Origin: Octopus bimaculoides
Lineage: Eukaryota
Direction: 5' to 3'
DNA: 37,813 bases
NCBI RefSeq assembly: GCF_001194135.2
Contig: NC_068988.1
Span: forward strand, 39,984,715 to 40,022,527
The notes beneath the pieces are model-generated. The model was not told the origin of the DNA. It searched no databases and saw nothing but the letters and a program-made list of their open reading frames with translations. Positions 25,386 through 37,368 of this stretch are shown piece after piece (within the stretch, counting starts at the first letter, position 1; the number at the start of each line of letters is the position of its first letter). Position numbers and translations under genes: made by a program.

Positions 25386-25516
25386 AATCGGTGAAAAGGA
25401 AATGAACAAAGGGGCATCATACTAAAAGTATTTCAATATTTAGTTCCTTTTCTCTGTAATCGGTGAAAGGTACCGAATAGGGGAGTGCCGAACTAAAAAT
25501 ACTGGAATATTTAGTT
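25386..25516 (+). repeat. Diverged ~60-70-nt tandem duplication
   Basis: AATCGGTGAAA...GGGG...ACTAAAA...AATATTTAGTT occurs twice. Confidence 0.75.
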
Positions 25517-26840
25517 TTGTTTCCCTAAGTTTTTACAAATTAACAAGTCACATTTATGTTACCTTTCAATCCCTCAGCGTAAAGTAAATACATATATTCT
25601 TGGAGATGATTCAACCGACTTTATACTGACTTTTTAAGATTCAATTATTTCAAGCTATATGTTTCATTTATTGTCGTAAATCACCGCTATGTTATTATCT
25701 ACTGTCTCTTTAAGTATTAAGCATATGATAAATGTGGGAATAGATTATACTTTGTACATATGTATTTGGTAATCAGATGCTGCAAATGTAAGAGCAGTTA
25801 TTGACAGAAATATATCATTAAATCGCCTAGTAGACATACTGGCAACCAAAGAAGACATCAGAAGATCTCGGTTTAGCTTTTCAAAAGAAACAAATAAGCT
25901 TACTGAAAAGAAGTACGTTGTTGCTTTTGTTGTTGTTGTCGTTGCTGTTGCTGTTGATATAGTACAGGGCAATTCTGATAGAACAAAAGTATGAATGAAG
26001 CAGTCAGAACATGAACATCCTACAGAATTTCTCTTTCCATGATTATTGGTTTTAGAAGTAATTTTTTCAATGGTTCTTTCCTTTTTAAGATTGAATATTT
26101 TATTCATGGAGGCTTCGTTGCAGTTTCTAGCAAATCAATTGACCACATAGATGCTCTGTTTCGGAACGCAGTAGAGTAAAATAATGAGATTGATTAAACA
26201 AAAAACAAAAACAAAACAAACAATTCAGTAAAAATCATTTCAAATCTGCCTGGAGATGTTAGTAGCAAATGATAATTTAATCCATCACATTCAACACATG
26301 ATTTTAGACAATAAGGTCAACAATACTCCGACACAGGGTGAATGTGTTTCCTGCTCTAAATATTTCAAAATTGCTTTTTGTAGCTTAATTAAATAAATTG
26401 CTTGGCAGCTATATATTTCCAATAGGACCGTTTATTACTATTAGATGTCAATGTTGTCTCATTTTCTCCATATCGTTTTCTTTTAAATAAAGTGCAAACA
26501 TTTTCAAGTATCTTGCCTAAAGCTAGTAATGTATACGTCGTCCAACGGAACATAATATTCTCTACAATTATCATTTATTGATCAACTAACTTCCACTGCT
26601 GTACAATATATTTCTTTCCGAATGTTGACAGACATCAGCTGTGTTAACTAATGACTCTCCTACTTACTACTTTCAGACAACAATCCTATCGATCAATATG
26701 GTGCGTGCGATGGAAATAAATCGGATATTATTAATTACAAATTTAAGTATTTCAATGCTCCATTATGTGACATAGTGAGATAGTGTATTTCCTGCTTTGG
26801 AAAAGAAAATTACACAGTCATCTATACATACACACACACG

Positions 26841-26893
<53 letters not shown>

Positions 26894-27939
26894 CGATTAC
26901 ATGTTGTGTTATCATCCTCTGAAGATATTATGCTCTGGTCATATAATTATAAATTTAATANNNNNNNNNNNNNNNNNNNNNNNNNNNNNNNNNNNNNNNN
27001 NNNNNNNNNNNNNNNNNNNNNNNNNNNNNNNNNNNNNNNNNNNNNNNNNNNNNNNNNNNNNNNNNNNNNNNNNNNNNNNNNNNNNNNNNNNNNNNNNNNN
27101 NNNNNNNNNNNNNNNNNNNNNNNNNNNNNNNNNNNNNNTATATATATACATACATACATACATACATACATACATACATGTATATATATATGTATATGTA
27201 CATATGTGACTACGGGCGTTTTGCAACATTCTTTACAGAGTATTAATTGTTTGCAATCGTATATAATATGCTCTCTGTTATACAACACAATTTATTTTCA
27301 CTGCTGTACTTTTCTAATATTTGTTTATACTGAAGACGTGTTTTCACTAATATCATGCTCAAGTTCTAAACTGTATTCTTTGAAGCACATAATCAATTGG
27401 AAGCAATAGAGTGTTTAGATAAGCAACAGCACACGTTAACAACGTACATATTTTCTAGGCATTTGCTACGTATATCATGTTTCATAACCTCCGGTATTTG
27501 CAGCAGCAACAACAGCAACACTAACAATAACAATGTCAATAACAATGTAAAGCAAAACAAAATTGCATTTATTAGGTTAGTTTATAAACGTTCAGCATAG
27601 ATATTTTTGTATATAGTCACACCATCTGAAATGTAAAACAAATGACTGAATGGACATAAAATATATTAATGAGGAGGAATTTTTTATGCTTGTTCTGTGC
27701 AACGTATTGTTTTATTTTTCAGGCAAAATCATTCAATCCAGAGAATAGACTGTGATATAATAGTGTAAGTACTGCTTCAATACTTCTTTATACTGCAAGC
27801 TTATTGACATATATGCCAACCTACTGTCTCATTATTTTCTACGTGTGTATGTACTTACGTATGTATGCATACATTTTGTGGCTTAAGCTACAAAAATGGA
27901 GATTACATGTGAGTTATCTCTCCCGTCCATGACTTTCAG

Positions 27940-28026
27940 ATGTTTGAACTTTCGTTGCTTCGAGATAGTATATAGCTCTACACCATTTCACCTTCTACCT
28001 GCAAATACACCTGTACTGTGCGATAG
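27940..28026 (+). CDS. Candidate 87-nt phase 2-2 exon (CLNFRCFEIVYSSTPFHLLPANTPVLCD)
   Basis: Acceptor TTATCTCTCCCGTCCATGACTTTCAG and donor TAG|GTATAT. One open frame, no homology recognised. Confidence 0.17.
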
Positions 28027-28126
28027 GTATATGTCCTTGACAATGTTCATTACACCAGCGCTACTTCTACTTCACATTTGAATAAACGCACATACCTACT
28101 TACACACACAAACGCGGTGATCTTAA

Positions 28127-28356
28127 GGCGGCGAGCTGGCAGAAACGTTAACACGCCGGGTGGAATGCTTAGCGGTATTTCGACTGCCGCTACGTTCTCA
28201 GTTCAAATTCCGCCGAGGTCGACTTTGCCTTTCATCCTTTCGGCGTCGATTAAATAAGTACCAGTTACGAAATGGGGTCGATACAATCGACTTAATCTGT
28301 TTGTCTCTCCTTGTTTGACCCTCTCTGTGTAGCTCCTTGTGGGTAGTAAAGAGATA
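28127..28356 (+). mobile_element. tRNA-derived SINE, family A, near full length, tail type 1
   Basis: Head GGCGGCGAGCTGGCAGAA (A-box-like) and GTTCAAATTCC (B-box-like). The body aligns with four other copies in the window. Confidence 0.9.
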
Positions 28357-28749
28357 ACACACACAGACACACATATCTATATATATATATATATAAAGGA
28401 AAGATCCAAGAATCAAGCAGTAAGAAGTGAGCTTTAAGCAATCCGTAGAATATGTAAAAATAAATAAATAAATGAATAAATAAACAATTTTCAGGAACAA
28501 TTATGTTTTATTGGAGCAGAAGGTTGTGAATTTTTCTTGTATCGAAATACAATAAGTTGAAAAAAGTTAATTTTATAATTCACCGTTAGCAACAAGGGTT
28601 GTTGTATTTACGAATAAACATTAAAAAATTAGGGAATTGAATATATAAAATCTAGGCTACATATGTTTCATAGCTAGTGGAACCTTGGACGTAGTAAATT
28701 GTCCAAAGGAGGGGAGACTGCAAGCTGCTCTTCAAGCCAAGGATACATT

Positions 28750-29230
28750 GATTATATGAAGTTTATTTTGTCGTTATGAGATCCCGTGTTAATTCGTTGG
28801 GGGCTCCATCAAAATTGCGTAGAGAATACAGATTGAGTGGAAAGCATGTGTGAAGAAATAACAATAAAAGACAAAATATATATGGGCGTAGGTACGTTTG
28901 TTACAGAGAAGAATATGATTAAAGTTAGACGAGTGGGGAGAGAAGGATTGTCATTGAAATTGACTGGAGAGATGCATTTATAAATTCATGCTGCGGTTAT
29001 TGAAGGGTCTGTTGTGGGATACATAAGTAAACATATTGTAGCATTCGATAAAACCATTTAAAAGAGAGTCAAAGGATGACGATATAGTATGATAAATTAG
29101 ATAGGGTAGATGAGGTGAAGGAGAGAGTGGTGGAAGATACTGTATATTCTTTCAAAAATATTAGACTTAGTTTAGCCAGTGGAGTTGGTGGTAGTAATTC
29201 AATTTTAAAATCTAGGGACGGCGAGTGAAG
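28750..29230 (-). mobile_element. Possible highly decayed LINE (CR1/L2-like) RT relic
   Basis: Scattered minus-strand peptides appear in RT order across frames (IFERI, FTYVSH, NHIL, CILYA). The similarity is very weak. Confidence 0.22.
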
Positions 29231-29408
29231 TTCGAGCGTAGTAGCTTAACTCTGGGATTATGTGAAAACGTATTAGCGTGCATACGCGTATATGATATGC
29301 GCCTGTAGAATCATTGTCTTGTGCGGATGGGATGTGTGCGAGAAGTTAAAGAATGAGAACTTAAAGTATATATGATAAGGAAAACAGGTGGGGAATATTA
29401 AAAAAATG

Positions 29409-29439
<31 letters not shown>

Positions 29440-29852
29440 NNNNNNNNNNNNNNNNNNNNNNNNNNNNNNNNNNNNNNNNNNNNNNNNNNNNNNNNNNNNN
29501 NNNNNNNNNNNNNNNNNNNNNNNNNNNNNNNNNNNNNNNNNNNNNNNNNNNNNNNNNNNNNNNNNNNNNNNNNNNNNNNNNNNNNNNNNNNNNNNNNNNN
29601 NNNNNNNNNNNNNNNNNNNNNNNNNNNNNNNNNNNNNNNNNNNNNNNNNNNNNNNNNNNNNNNNNNNNNNNNNNNNNNNNNNNNNNNNNNNNNNNNNNNN
29701 NNNNNNNNNNNNNNNNNNNNNNNNNNNNNNNNNNNNNACACACACACACACACACACACACAACGAGCGCGCATTCACCCACACAAACACACATGCGCAC
29801 GCGGCAGAAATAAATACGTTATTAAAGTGACAAAAGGCACCAATCAGCATTA

Positions 29853-30750
29853 GTATTCCTAGAAATAAGTGTCAAAACGACTACGGCAGCAGATATTGCC
29901 AGATCATAGATGATTTCGCATTTGATGCTTACGCATCTTAATACTCACCGCTTGTTCTCACCACGCAAAGTCAGCTCGCCTTGTTAGTTTATAAGATTTC
30001 CGTTCAAACTATACGCTGATTTCATAAACGGTAAAAGTGAAAATCATAAACAATATGGCTAATTCGCAATTTTACAACCTAAAGGCAAAAATGTTGTTGT
30101 TGGCACACCGTCGCTTACGACGTCGAGGGTTCCAGTTAATCCGATCAACGGAACAGCCTGCTCGTGAAATTCACGTGCAAGTGGCTGAGCACTCCACAGA
30201 CACGTGTAACCTTAACGTAGTTGTCAGGGATATTCAGCGTGACGGTGTGACAAGACTGACCTTTTGAATTACAGGTACAACAGAAACAGGAAGTAAGAGT
30301 GAGAGAAAGTTGTGGTGGAAGAATACAGCAGGGTTCGCCACCATCCCTGCCGGAGCCTCGTGGATCTTTAGGTGTTTTCGCTCAATAAACACTCACAACG
30401 CCCGGTCTGGGAATCGAAACCACGATCCTATGACCGCGAGTCCGCTACCCAAAAAACTGGGCCATTGCGCCTCCACAAAAATATATACGTCGCTAAAGTA
30501 ACAAACGGCAATAATCTGCCCAGGTATTGCTAGAAATAAGAGTCAAAACTACTCAATAGCCACCAGAAGTACTATCTTAATGACTGACAAGGGAGGCAAG
30601 CTCCTTACGGAAGCCGATATGGTCAGATCATCGATGATTTCGCATTTTAATGCTTACGCATCTAAATGTTCATCGGTGGCTGTCGCACCAAGGGTTAAAC
30701 TCAGCTCTCTTTGTCAGTTTATAAGATTTCTCTTGAAATCATACGCTGAT
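29853..30750 (+). repeat. Diverged direct repeats (29853-30020 and 30524-30750) flanking the family C SINE
   Basis: Shared blocks CTAGAAATAAG, CAGATCAT.GATGATTTCGCATTT.ATGCTTACGCATCT, AGTTTATAAGATTTC and ATACGCTGAT. The right copy has ~55 extra nt. Confidence 0.85.
30092..30476 (-). mobile_element. tRNA-derived SINE, family C, near full length with (AAC)n tail
   Basis: Reverse-complement head GTGGAGGCGCAATGGCCCAGT...GGTTTCGATTCCCAGACCGGG (A/B-box-like), ~385-nt GC-richer body, short ACAACAACA tail. Confidence 0.82.
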
Positions 30751-31528
30751 ATCTATATCTATGTTGTCTCTATCTATTACTGTTGTGAGGGCGAGTGTGT
30801 GTTAAAAGAAAAAGAAAATGATTAAAATGTATTGCGGAATGAAATATAAACATGCACGTCGTGAGGAGATAAAGCTTGTAGAGATTTAAAGAGGAAATGG
30901 TGTGTTGATATATTTAATACATTTCTCAATGACGTTTTATTTCAAACGACTATATGCTGTGTCTCCAGACATATTACGCATTTCATTGGGGAATTACAAA
31001 TGAGTATATGATGATATCTTTCGCTTCGAAATATAGAATTGCATATCTCAAGCGAAGCGGATAATCGATTTGATCTCATTGTACTATATTATAGAATCTT
31101 TACTAATTGCTGTTTTTTTTTAGAATAAGAGATGGAATAACTTTCAAATCCAAATAAAGCATATTACGTATTATAACTTTACATTTATTTCTTACTTTTA
31201 TCACTGTTATTGTTTAGCTTTATGTTTCAGTTGTGATCACGCTCTGCATTTTCTAATGTGTTCATTTATTTTTAAGACGGTCATGTGTGATTTGAAGAAA
31301 TTTGGTTGCTATTTCTACGAAATTTAACGACCTCGAAGGAAGTCACTCGTTATGAAGCTTCACATTTTAAAAAGAGTGTGAGGCAATTGCTTGGCCTTAA
31401 CAAGGAATCATTTGATTTTAACGAGGACCTGTTTTTTATTAACCTTACAAGTATAAATGCCAAAATCGTCCTCGGCAGGTTTCCTTTGAACATAAGGAAC
31501 GACGACCTTAAGTCATTTTCTCACTCAC

Positions 31529-31600
31529 GGGACCAGCATAATTAGCCATATATCTGTTGTAGCTCTTATCACTTTTCAATTTTGATGTTTTATTCATTTC
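31529..31600 (-). CDS. Candidate 72-nt exon of an unidentified gene (EMNKTSKLKSDKSYNRYMANYAGP)
   Basis: Long pyrimidine tract ending CCTCCTACAG|G and donor CCC|GTGAGT. Only phase 0 is open. No homology recognised. Confidence 0.33.
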
Positions 31601-32275
31601 CTGTAGGAGGTGGGGCAAGAAAACAAAAGAACGAAGAAAAAGATTTTTTCTTTTTACTTCATGAGGCTTTCTATACAACTGAATATTCCTTGGCAAAGAA
31701 TCGTTAGATTCATTGCCCGGTTTGGATTTTCCGACACATGAGAATACAAACAAATACTATTATGTGATACAGTAGTGTTATAAAAATAATAGATTTAGCC
31801 GATATATGTGGACGATATGATTTTTATTACAGATATGATGGATGTCATGTCTGTTCTATGAAAATGGCATGGCCTCCTTCACTAATAAAAACAGCTCCGA
31901 CAATCGAAGCAGCTAGCACAGTGTAAACCGAACATGCTTTATTAGATGAAGGGTAATTTGAAACTAAAAATGTCGACGTGCCTGTGATGCCTGGGGACAA
32001 AATATCTATAACAATCACAACTAATTGAAAAGCTTCCGCTTTTCGTTCTATGTTAGTGAATAATGAAATATTATCCTACGTCTAGGAACGTGTAGATAAG
32101 AATGAAACAATTCGGTTTGACGCAAAATGAACGTACTGGCCTTGAATAGAAAGACACGATGAAAACAACCTGAAACACTCAGAGTAATATATTTTCAAAG
32201 TACCCAGCCAGCAGAAATAAAAAGCTTAATAACTGAACACCAAATGAATTAAGATATTAAACAGAAACTAACACT

Positions 32276-32452
32276 AATATTGGTTTCAAATTTTGGCACA
32301 AGAGCAGCAAGTTACTGGTACTTATTTTATCGATCTCGAAACGATGAAAGACGCAATAGACATCGGGGGAATTTGAACCCAAAACGTATTAGGCGGATGA
32401 AATACCGCTAAATATTTACCCTGCGTGCTAACGGTTCTACCAGCTCGACGAC
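32276..32452 (-). mobile_element. SINE family A, tail type 2, with an internal deletion
   Basis: Head and B-box-like motif and the AATATTGGTTTCAAATTTTGG tail are present. About 40 nt of the 3' body is missing relative to 8520-8735. Confidence 0.8.
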
Positions 32453-33509
32453 TTGAGCAATATTAATATCAGTAGGAGAATAAGAAAGGTTGTCAAATTG
32501 GTTTGGTGCTAGCAAAAGCGTTGCACCGAATTATACTTGAGTTTAAGAATGACTAGAAATCGAAAAATATATTTTAATTTAGCATTTTACCACTTTTATG
32601 AATTTAACATTGAGGCTGAATGAAAATCAAACTGCTTTTTGAATAAGAACAAGTCTCTACTTTCGAAATGAGGGCATATTCCTTTTTTTATTTTCTATCA
32701 CAATTTGGTTGCAGATTTCCCCGGTTCTCTTACTAGGATGATAGTGTTTAGTGAAGTGGCTATAAAATATCATTTAAACCACAAAGCAACAGAAATTAAA
32801 AAGAATTTACAAAATGAATTACGTTTTGTTTGTTAAATAGAAACACTGCATTTCCGTAATTTTTATAATTTTAAAATCTCAAAATCTATTAATTTTTAAA
32901 TTTATAACGAAGACACTGATTTGTGTAATGAGGATAATTTCTATTTTCTAGAATGCTATACTGATTTTTTTAATGAAATACTAACTTATTATTGAAGGTG
33001 ATAATGGTGACATTTGATATAAGAAAGGTTAATGCAAATTAGATCTGAGACAAATGTATTATTTAACTGTCTAATATAACGAAGTTTAATGTTATAATTA
33101 TTTTTGTATTATTTCGGAAGTTAGGTATTAATTCTTAATAGAAAATGTTAAGATAGTTATTTGATCGAACCTATTATTGCTTTATAATAAAAATTCCAAC
33201 GATACACTACATTTTGTTTCACATTTTTATTTAACCTCATTGTATCAGACTGTGCTTTGATCTAAATTGATATTACTAAATTGATATCACTATGATCTAA
33301 ATTGATATTATTACAAGAAAAATGTAATTTTATGTATAATTTAATATTAATCATTACCATGGTTACTTACTTTTAAAAATTATTAATATATGAACTAATA
33401 TTTATTAATTACATAGTGGATATTACAATTAATCCATAGAGAAACCACTTTGTTGTTAGAATACATATGTTGCTTTATCTTAAGATGAATCGCAATTTTG
33501 TCACCAGTA

Positions 33510-33700
33510 CGGAAAACATACGTGTTCATATATGCATACACATGCAAATATATGCGCACGTATATATTTGCACGCATACATGCCTCCATACATACATTCA
33601 TACATACATATATACATATATACATATATTATATTTGTATGTATATACGTATGTATTTATGCATGTGTATATCTGTGTATATGTATACATATGTTTCAAT
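33510..33700. repeat. Degenerate (TACA)/(TATG) microsatellite
   Basis: Directly visible. Confidence 0.88.
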
Positions 33701-34491
33701 ATTGCATATTTATCTGTTAGTTTTGCACTAGTTCTGCCGAAATGCATATGAACATAGCTGATCTTTGAGAATAACATTATTTTCTACATGATAGGTTTTT
33801 CTAGATTCTGTTCATATGGTTGGTGTAAGTTATGTTCTTTATTAAGTGGATTAGATCTGGTTTGAAGTTTGCAACAACATTGTTGAAATGTCAGTTTTTA
33901 ATTACCCTGAAGCTAAATATCGGCATATATGCTGTAACCTGGTCGGTTTCATAAAAACTTTCATACGAGTCGTAAGAAAGGCTAAAAAAGAACAGAATAT
34001 AGTAAGATGTACTTGAGTATATGGCTATAGTTTTGAGGGATAGCTAGATTTGTCTTTCTGTAGTTTTTCCTGAGTCCAGCATATCTGATCTAAAAGAGAT
34101 ATTTCGAAGATTATTTACGATGTAACATGTACTAGCACTCACCTCTGTACATATTATCTTTTTCCTTAACTCTTAGGTAACACTTGCTTTAATCATTCAT
34201 CTTCCTCCACTGACATTGATTCAAATTTAAATTTAACAATTATTAATTGGCTAATGCTGATAACTATAATCTATATCGAAATTCAAAAGCTCCTCCCACC
34301 TTCAGTTAATTTATCATGCCAACACAAACCAGCTTATATAACAGCACCTGTTTCATACTTTACCATCTGTATTCGATTGATTTCGCAGCGTTTACTGCTA
34401 TTGATTATTTTGGGGTTGTTTATCTGCTAATGTTAGAATATGTATGTATGTGTGCAATGTCTCTATGCACATACATGCATATATATGTTTG

Positions 34492-34822
34492 TGTGAAGGT
34501 GTACGTCTAAGTGGTTAGAGTGTCGGGCTCACAATCAAGAGGTTGTGATTTCGATTACCGCACGGGCTGTGTGCCGTTGTCTTGAGCCAGACGCTTGATT
34601 TCACGTTGCTCCAGTTCATCGAGTTGTAGCAATGAGGTGCAACGTCACCGGTGGGTAGTTGTTTCGGCCTTTGCCTTGAATAACATTGCTGCCGTTGAGA
34701 GGTGAGGTTGTTATGCATGGGCGACTGCTGGTCTTCAATAAACCTTACTCGGAATTGTGCGCCGGAGGGTAACTTTCTAGGTGCAATCCTATAGTCATTC
34801 AAGACCGAAGTGGGTTTACACC
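34492..34822 (+). mobile_element. tRNA-derived SINE, family B (CORE-like central block)
   Basis: tRNA-like head (AGTGGTTAGAGTG...TTCGATTACC), central GTTGTCTTGAGCCAGACGC block. Aligns over ~330 nt with 15625-15952 in the opposite orientation. Confidence 0.85.
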
Positions 34823-34841
34823 ACTTGGCCCTAATTTTACC

Positions 34842-34879
<38 letters not shown>

Positions 34880-34951
34880 ATGTTAAGACGACAAAAGAAT
34901 AAAAGAGACCTCCATATTAAGTAAATAGAGGAATTTATCTGTAATATAATA

Positions 34952-35080
34952 TGTGGCAATTATTCGGTTGCCATAATAAAATTCGGAGTTTCCGGGGTGG
35001 AAATCTGCACCGGCATCTCTTTGCTTATCCAGCAATCAAAACATGCAGAGTTTTATTATGGCAACCGAATATTTGTCACA
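34952..35080. repeat. 33-bp inverted repeat with a ~63-nt spacer
   Basis: 34952-34984 matches the reverse complement of 35048-35080 at 30/33 positions. Confidence 0.9.
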
Positions 35081-35096
35081 AGAACGCAATACGTAA

Positions 35097-35169
35097 ACCA
35101 ATCCGGGAATCGAACTCACAACCTCACGATCATAAGCTCGACGTTCTAATCACTGAGCCATGCGCCTTC

Positions 35170-35172
<3 letters not shown>
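35097..35172 (-). mobile_element. Isolated tRNA-like head of SINE family B
   Basis: Reverse complement TGTGAAGGCGCATGGCTCAGTGATTAG...GTGAGTTCGATTCCCGG carries A/B-box-like motifs and matches the 34492 head. No tRNA acceptor stem is evident, so it is not called a tRNA. Confidence 0.75.
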
Positions 35173-35254
<82 letters not shown>

Positions 35255-35325
35255 CGTGTGTGTGTGTGTGTGTATGTATATTTATATATATATATACATA
35301 TAAATATATATATATATATATACAT
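35170..35325. repeat. (CA)n-(TA)n-(TG)n-(TA)n compound microsatellite
   Basis: Directly visible. Confidence 0.95.
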
Positions 35326-35354
35326 AACCACATGCGAATTGTTGACGATTCTTA

Positions 35355-35500
35355 CCCTTCTTTTTCCTTTTCTATTGGACTTTCTTCTGTTTCTGAAGAA
35401 GTGCTTTGCTGGAAACGTTAAAAGATCTTTATTTCCTTCCCTGAGCGTCTGTTAATACATTACATGTGCCACGTCCTGATGTTGTTGTTACTTGTTTGTG
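35355..35500 (+). repeat. Hammerhead-containing dispersed repeat, homologous to ~11720-11870, with no adjacent PLE ORF
   Basis: Visual alignment of ~150 nt between the two loci. Both lie next to CA/TA microsatellites. Confidence 0.7.
35389..35423 (+). ncRNA. Second copy of the minimal hammerhead motif (degenerate)
   Basis: GTTT-CTGAAGA-A-GTGC-TTT-GCTG-GAAAC-GTT-AAAA, core at 35393-35399. Flanks resemble the 11.7 kb copy (shared TTTCCTTCCCTGAGC). Confidence 0.55.
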
Positions 35501-35518
35501 CTTGTACTTTGTTTTATG

Positions 35519-35549
<31 letters not shown>

Positions 35550-37368
35550 TAGTGTGTAGGTATTGGTATGTGAGAGAAAAGAGGGGTAGGGAGAGTTTGT
35601 ATGTGTGCATGAGTGTAGTTTCCTTCATATTTATAAAGTAACAATGCATTAAGACATATTTCATAATCGATTTTAATTTTCAGTCGGATGACAAAATCGC
35701 AAATTAAATGCCCCTTTAATACAAATGCATACAAGGTCACATGTATAAATGCATCTTGCTTTAAATCCGATTTCCATGAACGTTTGCACTATCCACTCTA
35801 ATCTAACACCAACGTAAATCTAATTATTTCTATATATTTGTCTGCACATACTTCAACGAAAATGTGTCTGCTCCAACTATTAGCAGACTAATAGCATACA
35901 AACTATTTCTTACGCAATCGTCTTAAAAATTTGAAAGCAACGTAATTAGCAAATGAATTTTTAGATATTCTGTATCTAAAGAAATAACAAATCGATCATA
36001 TCTGAAACTCATTTGATTATAGATCTGCTAAATTAGAGCCGAATTTATGTAAGGCTAACTTAGGAAATGAATGTTTTGAAACTATAATGCGACTTAAATG
36101 AATCTATATACTCTCATTTAATATGCAAGAAACGGAGACTGAATCAAGCCTTCTTTAAGAAAAAAATATATCATATAACGCAGTTGGCGTTGTATTGAAA
36201 CTGAAATCGACTTTGTTTTTACTGAATACCATGAATCATTAGTCTAGCAATGATTAAGAAGTGACGACACAGAGGAAAAAGAAAAAAAAGCGTCAACAAT
36301 TTTAAAATGTCTCCGAAGAGTGTTGTATTGGTCTCTAAAACAACATAGCATACATTGGGAGGTACTGAGCCCATTTGTAACGGATTGTAGGTCCCTGACT
36401 ATCAGATGTTATATCCTCACAGATGCATGGGCTCATTAAAAACGAAAACACTAACACGATATTAAGTAGAACACGAAATTGTACAAAATTGCAATTAATA
36501 AGTTAATTCATTGCTTACGGAAAGTGAAATGTTTAGAAGATGCCAAGAAGAAACATCAAAGTAAAGATGTGGATTCCAAAGAGTACATAGACGTCATATG
36601 TTATGTATTCTGAACATTAAATTAAATACGAGGTCTCTAAATACGAACAAAAATGCGAAAGCAATGCATAGCTATCTAAAAATGTGCATAGAAACTGAAA
36701 TATACAAAGTGAAAATGAAAATTATTATCGTAATATTTCTTTCACATTCAGCGCAAACAGTATCAACTTACTTAACTTACCCGTTATGTGAAACTTAGCC
36801 GCATATCTGCAGAATGTATATTACATGAAAACTGTCATTTATTTCTGTCAAAACAAACACTTGATTATACACTAAATGTTCGATTGTGAAGAAAGAGTTA
36901 TGACTTAGCAACCGAAACATACATTTTCGCAAAGCAATACCAGCACCCGTTACAAAATACACGCTGTAAATTTCGACTGTATATGACATTTAGGTTCTTT
37001 TTCAACCCCTAAAAGTGTCAGATATGTTATGTTTGCACCTGTTACAATATTTGAAAGCATTGTTCCATCAGTATTCTTTGTGCTTGTACGTATGCATGCA
37101 TTGCATAGCAAGGGGGATGTATATGTATCCCAGGCAGTTTGATTATTTTCTGCTGGTGGCGTTGCATATTGTTTTAGCAACGATATCATGTTGTAGTGCA
37201 CGGTATTAATAAATGTATTACTAAATCATAAATTATGTATCTATATCCAGCCTCTCATCATAAATTCATGCTAATCTTCATATTTCATAAAGGTTTAATA
37301 GTTCGAATATCGGAATGCATCCTACAGACATTAAATGTTAAAAACAATATGGATCTCCTCTAACTCAC

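Noticed and set aside
31404-31511. Minus-strand peptide LKVVVPYVQRKPAEDDFGIYTCKVN with an Ig-like DxGxYxC motif
   Set aside because: The frame is short and bounded by stops, the upstream E-strand pattern does not fit, and the only acceptor would need a ~45-nt intron. Probably chance.
35097-35172. tRNA gene
   Set aside because: It matches the SINE family B head and lacks a paired acceptor stem.
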